Source: Lytechinus pictus (taxonomy: Eukaryota). From it: a DNA stretch of 64,000 bases. Under the pieces are notes generated by a model that was given only the letters and a program-made list of their open reading frames with translations, was not told the origin of the DNA and ran no database searches. Each line of letters opens with the position of its first letter. Positions within the stretch are counted from its first letter, which is position 1. The stretch is taken from positions 9,798,001 to 9,862,000 of the forward strand of contig NC_087250.1 of assembly GCF_037042905.1 (NCBI RefSeq), written 5' to 3'. Made by a program: the position numbers and the translations under genes. This document shows positions 51,701-64,000 of this stretch, in pieces.

Positions 51701-53890
51701 AACAAAAGATAATTCTTGTAAAGAATATTTAGCTATAATATTTTGAGAACATATTTTTTAAACTTTTATACAACTTTTAAATGCATTAATTAAGTTTTAC
51801 CAAAGTTTCAAGATGGTATTTTCTTATATCAAATGTATTTACCAACGCCGTAAATATAGAGACGTTAGTAAAACGTTATTTTGTTTCTGAAAAACAATAT
51901 GCATCATAATAACATCAAAATAAGGATATTTGTTTTTTAATATGTTTAGTTATTTGTTTTAATATATACCAATACATATATATACAGTGCGTCCCAGAAT
52001 AAACGAAACCGAGATTTAGCGATGATTTATCATAACTTAATCATAAATACAATATACAAATTACCTATCAATGTAAAGCTTAGAATCTCCTCTTTCATCT
52101 GATATTACTTAGATTATTTCTCATTCACGCATGAGTGAGCAAAAACAATTTGAATAAAGGATACCAAAAACTCATTTGGCGGGGGGTATCTGAATTTCAA
52201 AAAGAAAATCACATGCCTAAAAAGTTCAATATCTGCTCTTTCATTTGATACCTTAATCACAAAAAATGGTCCAGAAGTAAAAAAGTTATGTTCCCTCGAA
52301 ACAATGCTTGTATTTCCATAATTTCATTAAATAAACTTGTTTTCACCGGTTTCCCACAGAAGCTATCGCACGGTTAACAAAAGACTTAGTGCATGGCTGA
52401 TCTTCAACAAAACGGAGTATCGAGTGAGTTTGAACGCTAGCCTGTAAAACCTCTTCATCTTATGAAATTATTGAAATTCAAGCCTTATTTCAAATAACCA
52501 GAACTTTCTTATTTCTTGACCATTTTCTGTAATTGAGGTATCAAATTAAAGAGGAGATATTGAACTTTTTTAAAATGTGGTTTTCGTTTTGAAACCCAGA
52601 TACAGCCCGCCAAATGACGTTTCGTTATCCCCTCTTCAAATTGTTTTTGCTCACTCATGCGTGAATGAAAAATGATCTAAGTAATTCCAGATGAAAGAGG
52701 AGATTCTAAGCTTTACAATGGTAGGTCATTTGTCTATTGTATTTGTGATTAAGTTATGATAAATTATTGATAAATCTCGGTTTCGTTTTTTGTGGGAAGC
52801 ACTGTATATAATAATATACCAAGTATATTTCAGCGCCTTGAGCACATAATCAATGTGGATTTGGCGCTTTATAAATACTCTATGTTATTATTATTATTAT
52901 TATTATTAATAGCATCAGTGGCGGACCGTGACTCGGAGGAGACAAAGCAATGGAGGGGCCCTGTATTGTTTGCGAACAATGCTGTGCCCCTCCAATGCTT
53001 TGTCTCCTCCGGGTCACGGTCCGCCGCTGAATAGCATATTTTCACAATTTTTCAAGAACGTTTGTTGTTATTGTCACACACAATGCTGAACATTACAAAA
53101 TGTGAGTAAATATATATGTGTATATATTAATGTTAAAATTATATCATAAAAATGTCAAAATAAGGATGTTTCTGATATTTTGTTAAACATCATTAAAAAC
53201 ATTGTAAAAACATTGCTAAAAATGTTTTGTTATAATATTTGAGAAACATAAACATGGCCGTGGGGCGTTACTAAACCGAATGTAAGTAAAGGTGACAAAA
53301 TAATTACAATTATATTACTGTATTTGCTTCGAGGGTCAATTCAGGGAATACTTGTTAAGGGTACAGTCTTATTTCCAATACTTGTTAGGGTACGGTTTCA
53401 CACGCCAATACTTGTTAAGGGGTGTATTTTCAGAACATGGAAAATACTTGTTTAGGGTGCTTTTCGAAACCCAATGGACGTGCCTAGTATCCATTCGTCA
53501 ATAGAAGTGCCCCCCCCCCCGGATCGCCCCGGATAGGTCTAATGATTCAAAAGGCTAAACAAAACAATTGCTGCATACCACACATTTAAGTTAGGGCCTT
53601 TTCACACGTAAATCTTGAATCATCATTGCAATGATGATTGCAATTCGTCTTTAGAATCATCGGACCTTTCACACGGAAAATTCGTATCGTAATTTGAATG
53701 AAACCAAACTGGAATTCACCTCAGGAATAGAATTTGAATTCGTGAATGTGATTAGCGTTCGTGATTCTAGTTTGGTTCCAAACGTGCAAAAAAATCGTCA
53801 CTAGCCTTTTTTTTTTTACTGGAATCGTCGTTCAAATTACGATTTTTTTTTTCCCTGAGAAAGGACGGTTAGTGACCTGAAAATACTCAC

Positions 53891-54078
53891 TAGCTTTCGC
53901 AATGTAGTTGTGAAATTTAGTTCCTCTTCACTATGGATAGAAACCAGATCCCCACGACATGACTGTCCACTGGTGAAATTACGACAGGTATACATGGCGC
54001 CTGTAAAGCTTGCTAACTCGTAAAATGATTCGTAGCAACTTCTTTCAAAGAGTTTCCATGATGAATACGGGCAAAGAT
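53891..54078 (-). CDS. C-type lectin exon 4 of the preceding gene copy (5' exons lie beyond 64000)
   Basis: Same as 21374-21561 except NFITT>NFTTT. Confidence 0.85.
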
Positions 54079-54685
54079 CTGCAGGTAATAATAATAATAG
54101 GCATTTATATGGCGCCATCTATCTAGAAATATTCTATTCCGAGGCGCGTTGTTATTAGTATTATTACCCCGGCTTTAGCTCGAGCTGCCTTTCAGCGCTC
54201 ATGCATTCAAGGAATTAATCCTGCTGGGTACCCATTCACCTCATCTGTGTTGAGTGCAGCACAGTGTGGATACATTTCTTGCTGAAGGCTGGGATTCGAA
54301 CCCACAACCCTCTGTTTCAAAGTCAGAAGACTTATCCACTGGGCCATAACGCTCCACAATGTACAACAAAGAAAAGCAGAGATGGTGCCTATTATTAATT
54401 AAAATAGTTGGAATTCGGAGGGGTTTGAGTAATTTGTCTACTATTAAATCATACTGCATAGCTCATGTAGCTCTGATGCACATCGGGAATGCATTCACCC
54501 TTTGTATTCACAATGCAGTGTAACGGCAATCGCAGGTATAGCCAAAGATACTACAAGGCGAAGATCGGACACTTCGACGGTTTTTTGAAACGCTCGATAT
54601 ATGCTTATGGGGAAGGGCGCCAAACAGCGTTGAGTAAGTAAACCTTCGCATACCTGCACGTGACTGTGTATAATAATAATAATAA

Positions 54686-54721
<36 letters not shown>

Positions 54722-54722
<1 letters not shown>

Positions 54723-55233
54723 CCTGTAGTAGAGAACGACGATGTAAAACTTTTATGGGATTTTAATATCCAGACAGACAAGGTCATTGAAGCTAGACGA
54801 CCAGACATCGTTCTCTTAAAGAAGAAGGAAAAGGAATGTCTCATCATAGATATTGCGATTCCGGGAGACTGCAGAGCTTGGCGTAAAGAGGAGGAAAAGA
54901 TACAGAAGTATAACGATCTGGCATGGGAGCTGAGAAGGATATGGAAGGTGAAGACGAAGGTGGTACCAATAGTCATCGGAGCCTTAGGAACAGTGACAAC
55001 AAGACACAGAAGCTGTCTGGCTGTTCTAGGAGTCGAGGTGTCCTTTGAAACGATACAGAAGGCAAGCTTGCTTGGAACAGCTCATATCTTACGGAAGGTC
55101 TTGAATTAGAAAGAGAAGTGAACAATGAGAAGAGGACCCATTTGATAGAATATAGAACAATAACCCTAGATTTCTGGAAGAAGTCCGGTTGCTGTTTAAT
55201 ATACCAACATAACATCAAGTTGTGGACAATGGA
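54722..55233 (+). mobile_element. 5'-truncated second-family R4/Dong element, unit-2 copy
   Basis: Same as 22211-22722. Confidence 0.9.
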
Positions 55234-55290
<57 letters not shown>

Positions 55291-58200
55291 TAGAAATTAT
55301 GGTCAAATAAAGAAAAGGAAAATCTTATGACTTGCTTCTACTTTGCGACTGATGTATCTCATAAAACTAGACATTACAGGAACATAATGAGAGAAACGTG
55401 GCTTGAAAATAATGGTGATCCATCCGTTGGAGAGCAAGCTCTGGCAGACATGAAACAAAATATCCTTCGTACTCAATATTTCAGCGAGATTGAATTAGAG
55501 AGAATAAAACAAAAGGCACATATACTTTGTAGAAAAATTGATAATGCCGGTAATGACGAAACCAGCGACGATCATGGGGATGGTGATGACAAAAATGCCG
55601 GTCCTGACAATGCCAACGATGGCCATAGATATGCTGATGACAAGAATGCCGTCGATGGCGATGCCAACGGCGACCATGGTAATGAAGATGACAACGAAAA
55701 CCATGATGGTGATGACAATAATGTCGGTGTTGATGATTTCAACGATGGCCATGATGATGCTGACAACAATGATACCGGTGATGACGATACCAATGATGAT
55801 CTCGGTGATACTGAAGTCAATAATGCTGGCAAGCCTAATGACGATGCCAACGACGACCATGCTGAAGCTAATAACGATGAAGCAGATAATGACAATGCTG
55901 CTATAAACGATAACCATGGCGATGTTGTGAACAATGACACAGCTGATGATGACTATGATGCCGATATTGATGGTGAGAATGTGTATCATAAAGGCAGGAA
56001 CGAAGGAGGCCAACCAAATAAAGACGGGAGAGTAGAAACGTGTGACAAGAGATTATCAAGACATCCACCCAAGGCCAATGATACGACATGGCCAGCCAAT
56101 TATAATGAAAATTCGAAGATCACAGATACACAATCGCTACACAGCAAAGTGAGGAGGAAAAGAGAAAAGAAATTATGGTCAAATAAAGAGAAGGAAAATC
56201 TTATGACTTGCTTCTACTTTGCGACTGATGTATCTCATAAAACTAGACATTACAGGAAGAGAATGAGAGAAACGTGGCTTGAAAATAATGGTGATCCATC
56301 CGTTGGAGAGCAAGCTCTGGCAGACATGAAACAAAGTATCCTTCGTACTCAATATTTCAGCGAGATTGAATTAGAGAGAATAAAGGAAAATGCCCAAAGT
56401 CTTTGTAGAGAACGAAAGCGTAATGCAACAAAGAATCAAGATGACAGGGGAAAACGAATAACAGATAAAGTAGACAAATTGCACGACACTAACAATGATA
56501 GAGAGAGATCGGGAAAAGGAGAAAACTCGGTAATCACCAACACTGAGAAGGTGAGAAATTCTATCCATGATGAAGGAAGTACAGTTTCTGGAAATACAGT
56601 GAATATATTTCTTGACGAGGGGATTATATTCAACAATCAACAGGATGTTCGGACGCAGAGTGATAGGGGCTTACGAGATGGAGAACACAACCAAAGAATA
56701 TCACAGGAACAACGTATGAATCGTCTTGATATGGACAGTGCTCAGAAGAAAAGAAAGAAAGATGACTACATCGCTCAATTTGGGGCGTGTTCCTTGTCTC
56801 TTCTACAAAAACTAGATGAAATCGAAACGGTAGACACACATATTGAGGCCGAATACCAAAGAGGAGCACATTTCTTTCAGTACTGTGACACATCTGACAA
56901 CAAGCCCGCTGGTGGAGAGGGAAAGGGATCAACGATGAACAGAAGAAAAAACAGCTCTTATAAGACTGGATTCTCTTCACATGTAGACATACACCAACAC
57001 TTGCAACAACCTAAAGTGAAATCTCGTACTCTTCGGGTTACAGCAATAGAAAAGGCTAAGAAAAGACAAGAAATTACTGAGACTGAACATGGGGACGATG
57101 TTGCCCATTTTCTATGCGGTGGAGAGCCTCGCATTCAACAAGATAAAGAATGTGAAAGGAACGTATCGGGTAATATCAAATCATCTGTACCCGAGAGAGA
57201 TGCGATTGTATCACAAGACTCGACAAATGAAGACAGAGATTCCGATCAACGGCTGTTATCAGCACTGAGGAGCAACTTTGAATATGTGAAGGGAATATCA
57301 ATATCAGATAGACCCCAAATTCCCAAGATCGACACAAGGTGCTGTACTACTAGGAGCGTGATCGACAAAGTAGATAAAATGCTTGAAAAGGTGCAATCTA
57401 GTCCTTCCAGTTTGTTGGAGATAAACTGTCTTATCTGGGCAGGAGCAAAAACTGTAACAGAACATATGGGACTCAAGCTTCATTCATCAAACCACTCTAC
57501 CAATCATAAGAAGAAGGCTCCTGAATGGAAGAAAAGGCTACAAACCAAGATAGCAGAACTACATAAAGACGTGGCTCAACTCGGAGAAGTAGATAAGGGA
57601 AACATAAAATCCAATCGGATGAAGAGCAATGCCAAAAGACTTCAGAAGAAATATCGCATTGACGATAAGACCCGTACTAGGACAACTGTTATAGAAACGC
57701 TCAAAATGAAGATAAATGCTCTCAAACACCGTGTTAAGAGATACACAAAGAGTAACAATTTCAAACGGCAGAATAAACTCTTCCATGGAAACAGAAAGAA
57801 ATTCTTTCGTGAGCTGGATTCAAAGATGACTGAGACGAAAGATGTTCCATCGGCAGATGATATGAAGAACTACTGGAAAGAACTTTGGGATAATGATATC
57901 ACTCACGAAGAAACTCCCTGGATTCAGTCGGAAGCAGACAAATGGTCCAATGTGCCAGCGCAGCAGCTAGTAGACCTGACCTTACCTGAACTACAAAACT
58001 ACAAAATACTAATCTACTGAAAATCATCAATGACATTATCAGAGGGAACAGGACTATTGAGAAATGGCTGCCAATTGGAAGGACCTATCTACTGTACAAA
58101 GGCAAAGACCCAAAACAACCTAAGAACTATCGTCCAATCACTTGCCTTAATACTATGTATAAGCTGCTGACATCAACGCTTGCCATGCACATCGAACGAC

Positions 58201-60276
58201 ACATCGATGATCATGACATAATGGAGGTCACTCAGAAAGGTTGTCGAAAAGGAAAGAAGGGTTGTAAAGATCACCTAATGACAAACAAAGCAATAATCGG
58301 TAATGCTCGCCAAAGACAGACCAATCTATCCATGGCTTGGATAGACTACAGGAAGGCATTTGACAGCGTACCACATAGTTGGATCATCAAAGTTCTAGAG
58401 ATGTATCACATCAATCCACAAATAGTCAAGTGCATATCAGCAGGCATGAAACAATGGAGCACTACTCTTTCGCTTACGATAGGCACCCGTTCGATGACAG
58501 TGGAGGGGGTCCGAATCAAGAGAGGAATATTTCAAGGAGATTCCTTATCTCCTCTTTTATTCTGCTTAGCTCTCAATCCAGTATGCTCTCTCTTACACGC
58601 TACGAGTTATGGCTACAGATACAAAGGGCAAGATGTATCTACGACAATAAACCATCTGATATATATGGATGATATCAAACTCTTTGCAAAAAATGACGAT
58701 GAACTTCACAAGATGATAGCAGTAGTTAAACATTTCAGCGATGACATCAAGATGTCGTTTGGTATAGACAAGTGTGCCAAAGTTACACTTGTACGAGGAA
58801 GGAGGGTAAATACAGGCGACATGTTTGTGCAAGATGAGGAAACATCAATCAAGGAACTGACTAATGATTCGACATATAAATATCTAGGCATAGCTGAGAA
58901 CGATGTCATTAGCCATAACACAATGAAGGAGAAGGCAACATCAGAATACAAAAGAAGACTCGGGCTGATCCTTAAATCCGAACTGAATGCCAAAAATAAG
59001 ATTGAAGCGATCAACACTCTAGCCATTCCTGTGCTTAGATACAGTTTTGGTATTGTTAACTGGAGACTAGCTGATATATGTGGCCTAGATATTATGACCA
59101 GAAAGCAATTAACGATGCACAGATTACATCACCCAAAGGCCGCAATCGAAAGGTTGTACCTTCCCCGTGATCTTGGAGGAAGAGGTCTACAACAAATTGA
59201 GATGGTCTGGAATATGGAAGCAACGAACCTCGCCAACTACCTATCCAATCCACCTGATATACTGACGAGTATATCCCTCGATTATGATAAATGTCAAGCA
59301 ATATACTCCATTAACAAGCAAGCATCTATCTTATTGGCACAACATCGACTGACACTACCCTACGGTGAAAAAGAGAAGGCAAGACTTAAATGCTCCTTTC
59401 ACAAGAAACTTCAAGAGCAACTTAAATCCAAGCGACTTCATGGCCACCATGAAAAACAGATGCATCGGGAGTTCGTAGACCAGAAAGACACACATCAATG
59501 GCTTAAGTCGGCGGGACTAAGAGGTGAAACTGAAGGGTTCGTCTATGCTATTCAGGACCAGGTGGTGAGGACCCGTGCCTACGAAAAATCTATCCTCAGA
59601 AGAGACACAGACGACACTTGCAGGATGTGTGGAAAAGAGACCGAAACAATCATGCATTTGGTATCAGCATGTTCGACTCTTGCTGGAACTGAGTACATCA
59701 CAAGACATGACAATATTGCCAAAGTTATCCATTGGCAACTACTGAAGGATCGCGGTAAAATGACTTGTGATCACGCTTGGGAACATCAGCCACAAACGAT
59801 CACCACGATCAATAACAGCACCATATATTGGAACTGTGGCATACTAACGGATAGAACCATCAACTGCAACAAGCCGGACATCATCGTCAGAGACAACAAC
59901 GTAGTAAATATCATTGAGGTCTCTGTTCCCCATGATATCAACATTGCTGTAAAGGAAAGAGACAAACGGCTCAAGTATCAAGACCTAAGGATTGAGATCG
60001 AGAGGATGTGGAACGTGAAAGCAGAGGTCACACCAGTCATCATTGGTCACTCAGGAATGGTGAAGAAGGGAATGGAAGCCTGCATAACCAAGATCTCTCC
60101 TCACCTTCGGATGTACGACATTCAGAAGGCAGCTATCTTGGGTACAACCAGATTGATAAGAAAGACTCTCGGACATTAGTAGTGTAAAGTTCCTAGTTGC
60201 ACTTGAAATTACTTGGTGCTTTTTGTTAGAGCAAAGTTATTCAAGAAAAAAATACGGACTTGATCCTGTTTAGAGG
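55291..60276 (+). mobile_element. R4/Dong retrotransposon, unit-2 copy
   Basis: ORFs 55327-58020 and 58155-60179, with the same frameshift and a few substitutions. Confidence 0.92.
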
Positions 60277-62992
60277 AATAATAATAATAAACAGTTCTTG
60301 TATAGCGCATATCACGATTATGAATAATGTCTCTATGCGCTTCCAAAGGACTTGGATATTATTACCCCAGCTGTAGCTTGGCAGCCGTAATTACTAAGAT
60401 TACAGCGCACACGCATTTCAAGGAATAAATTCCTGCCAGGTATCCATTCACCTCACCTGGGTTGAGTGCAGCACAATGTGGATAAATTTCTTGCCGAAGG
60501 AAATTACGCCATGGCTGGGATTCGAACCCACAACCCTCTGTTTCAAAGTCCGGAGACTAATCCACTGGGCCACAACGCTCCACTAATTGTATAAAACCTA
60601 TGGGGAAAATGAGAGGGGATTTTGGAGGGGTTTGAAGAGGGCTCAATGGTGGCGCATGGAAATAATTCCACGTTATATTACCAAGAAACCTCTGAAATAT
60701 ATTCATCTCAAATTTAAGGGGAATAAATTGAATGAAACAAATTCAAAATGTAAAATCGTCTATTCCTTCAGCCCTTCTTCATATCTCTCATATATTTTGT
60801 ACACAACCATCTCGCGATACGCAAAGGTAAAAACAGGTCGTTATTTACTCAACGCTGTAGGGCGCTCTTCCCGAGCGTTTCCAGGGGGGTGAAACTCCGC
60901 TTCTGCATCCGGTCAGAATTGGGAAAAATTTTAGAGGGTCAAAAGTGGACACTGCTCCCATTTTTCAAGTACAAGCCTAGAGACACCGCCACTGTATTGG
61001 TACACCAGCGAAATGGAGGCGTGGTCATGAAACGTCCTTCATGCATAGCGTAAATTAGCATTTTGTCACTAATTAGAATAATGTGCGACCTGATTGAATA
61101 TCGTTGGTGTCGCTTTAGCTCGAGCTGCCTTTTAGCGCTCATGCATTCAAGGAATTAATCCTGCCGGGTACCCATTCACCTCATCTGTGTTGAGTGCAGC
61201 ACAATGTGGATAAATTTCTTGCTGAAATGAATTCTTATTTCTTATGAAATTAAATGAAAATTTCTTGCTAAAGGCTGGGATTCGAACCCACGACCCTCTG
61301 TTTCGAAGTCAGAAGAATTATCCACTGGGCCACAACGCTCCACAATATACAACAAAGAAAAGCAGATATGGTGCCTATTATTAATTAGAATATTTGGAAT
61401 TCGGAGGGGTTTGAGTAATATGTCTACTATTAAATCATACTGCATAGCTCATGTAGCTCTGATGCACATCGGGAATGCATTCACCCTTTGTATTCACAAT
61501 GCAGTGTAACGGCAATCGCAGGTATAGCCAAAGATACTACAAGGAGAAGATCGGACACTTCGACGGTTTTTTTAAACGCTCGATAAATGCTTATGGGGAA
61601 GGGCGCCAAACAGTGTTGAGTATTTAAACCTTTGCATATCTGCACTCGACTGTGTATAAAACCTATGGGGAAAATAAGAAAGGGGATTTTGGAGGGGTTT
61701 GGAGAGGGCTCAAGGGTGGCGCATGGAAATAATTACACGTTTTATTACCAAGAAACCTCTGAAATATATTTATCTCAAATTTAAGGGGAAAAAATTGACT
61801 GAAAAATTTTCCAAATGTAAAATCGTCTATATCTTCAGCCCTTCACCATATCTCTCATATGTTTTGTACACAACCATCTCGCGATACGCAAAGGTAAAAA
61901 AAGGTCGTTACTTACTCAACGCTGTAGGGCGCTCTTCCCGAGCGTTTCATTACGCGGTCTATGTACTGTCCGATCTTCCCCTTGTAGTATATTTGGTATA
62001 GCGTTTCGGGGGGTGCTGCATATGGGGAATAATACACGCAGCACCCCCTAGGAAAACCCCATCACCCCGCTGACACATTCATATGTTCTTGAAAGCATTC
62101 TGCGTCGCGGTGCTAAACTCCCTATTTAGATGCAATAGAGTTTCGTACCGCGACGCAGAATGTTTTTTTTTAGAACATAGGAATGTATTACAAAAAGGTT
62201 TTCGTGACAAGGGGTAACAAAGAGGTATTTGCCGAAAATTGGTGATACATAACAGAAGTTTTGTCCGGGACTCTGGACGAACGATCTATTTGCAATTTTC
62301 GTGTTTTTAAAAAAAATATTTATTTCAATACGGGTAAAAAAATACTTGCTTTCAGCCGACAAGGCTGTTTTTCAGCAAGTCCGTACAATTCAATTTACAA
62401 AATTCTCAAAAACAAGTTGAAAAATAAAAACGGGTGTTTTCTACTCGCCGTACGGGGAATGGGACCGCAGCGTTAGGACGAAACTGCTGATTTGTTTTAC
62501 CAATATTCGACAAAGACCTCCCAGCTTTTCATTGTCATTTGACTCCTATTTTGATATCGGTTTGTGTTATAGCAAAAAACGATCCGCCGATACAACGTGC
62601 AACAATTTACTACGTGGAATTCTAGACCAAGCTTCAGAAAAATCGAGGGGACGGAAACAGAACTACTCCATTGATTCATATGTCGGTTCGATAATGAGGG
62701 TGATGATGGTGAGGAAATAACATAAAAGATTAAATCCATGCTGCACATATGTTTCTTATACTCCACTTACTTCAGTTTAATTTGAATCCAAAGTTCAGAA
62801 TAAAGGACGAATAAGCTTACTTAACATGTTTACCATCACAAGAATAATAGTAATAATAATGATATAACATTTATAGGGCGCTTAATACAGATGTTTCTAA
62901 GCGTTCAGTTTTCTGCTTTCTTTTGAATTACCGGGGAAAATAAAAAGTGGTCTTAATGATTGCAAAACAAAATTTAAAGAAACAAACGAAAC

Positions 62993-64000
62993 GCAACTAA
63001 GATACGCACCTCCATAATAATAGACCTACCCACAACTGATATCTAGACATTAAAAAGGTGGGTCTTTAGCAAGGTCTCAAGGGAGTTGGCATTATGGATA
63101 CGAGATTGTAATTTATTCCACTGGATTAGAACAACAACAGAGAAGGCTCGATCACCATAACTGGTATTTGTACGTGGTCCTAAAGTTAGCTGCAAGGTTT
63201 TTGAAGAACGAAGTGGTCTGAGTGAGCTAGAAGAGCGGAGAGAGATGAGGTAAGAGAGATATTCAGGAGCTAGGCCATTGATTATTTTATACGTCAAAAG
63301 AAGAACTTTGAAAACGATGCGCTGGCGTATTGGAAGCCAATAAAATAATTACAGAATATGTGTGATATGTTCAGATTTTCTTAAAAGAGTAACAAGCCTT
63401 GCAGCAGTATTTTTTCATTCTTTGGAGTGGGCGTTAATGTGAGAGTGGGAAACCAGAAATAGCAGAATTGCAGTAATCAAGGTGGAAAGATACAAAAGCA
63501 TGGGTAAGTTTACTAGTTATGGTCATTGTGGTCGGGTCGAGTAGCTTCCTCATTTTTCCATGTTTGGAAAATCAAATTCATGTAGCAACGAACCATATTT
63601 AATTTGACCAATAACAGAGCCACCATTGGGATCGTTACATGTGTCTAAATGACTTATCAATCCTTTTCATTTGCTCTTTAGTCTTCATCGAAAGTTCCCT
63701 GTATTGCAGAACATGTATCGGTGTCTTTTCGCTTTGTTTTCCAGATTGACTATTAGTAAATGTACATAATCTTTTTAAACAAGACAGGCGCCCTTTATGA
63801 AAGTTCAGTCCAGACAGATCTAAGGCTACCTCTTAAACATAATAAATAGGACACTTATTTTGACAATCAAAGCTTTACAGGTTTCAACATCGACACGGTA
63901 CCGAATGGGAGCGCAAAGAGAAGGGTTTTTTTCAGTCTGTGTCATCGTCTTCCCTTACTTCTCTCACACTCACTTTCTTTATTTCGAAACCTACTATCGT
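62993..64000 (+). repeat. Tandem segmental duplication, start of unit 3
   Basis: Nearly identical to 30479-31490. Confidence 0.95.

Larger units (their letters stand above)
30479..62992 (+). repeat. Tandem segmental duplication, unit 2 (32,514 bp)
   Basis: Colinear with unit 1. It is longer mainly because of a 1.96-kb Tc1-like insertion and one extra 157-bp repeat, and it lacks the MITE at 735-883. Confidence 0.97.

Overview
AT-rich, repeat-dense eukaryotic DNA. The lectin and repeat types suggest an invertebrate deuterostome such as a sea urchin, but that is inference. The window is a head-to-tail tandem array of a ~30.5-32.5 kb unit (units start at 1, 30479 and 62993). Each unit carries a minus-strand, five-coding-exon gene for a secreted protein: signal peptide, ~45-aa spacer, one EGF domain and one long-form C-type lectin domain. 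One complete, phase-consistent copy (246 aa) runs from 34128 down to 15971. The neighbouring copy has a CGA>TGA nonsense codon in its last exon. Intron 3 holds a nested stack: a MITE, a tRNA-SINE inside it, and two different R4/Dong-clade (TAA)n-associated retrotransposons in the SINE tail. The longer of these has a duplicated N-terminal domain and a damaged RT start. The rest is L2 remnants, several tRNA-derived SINEs, many MITEs and two minisatellites. The most unusual item is a short element with a 7SL(SRP)-RNA Alu-domain-like head, a B-box and a Deu/Nin-like body, carried inside a unit-specific Tc1-type foldback element, with decayed copies elsewhere in the window.
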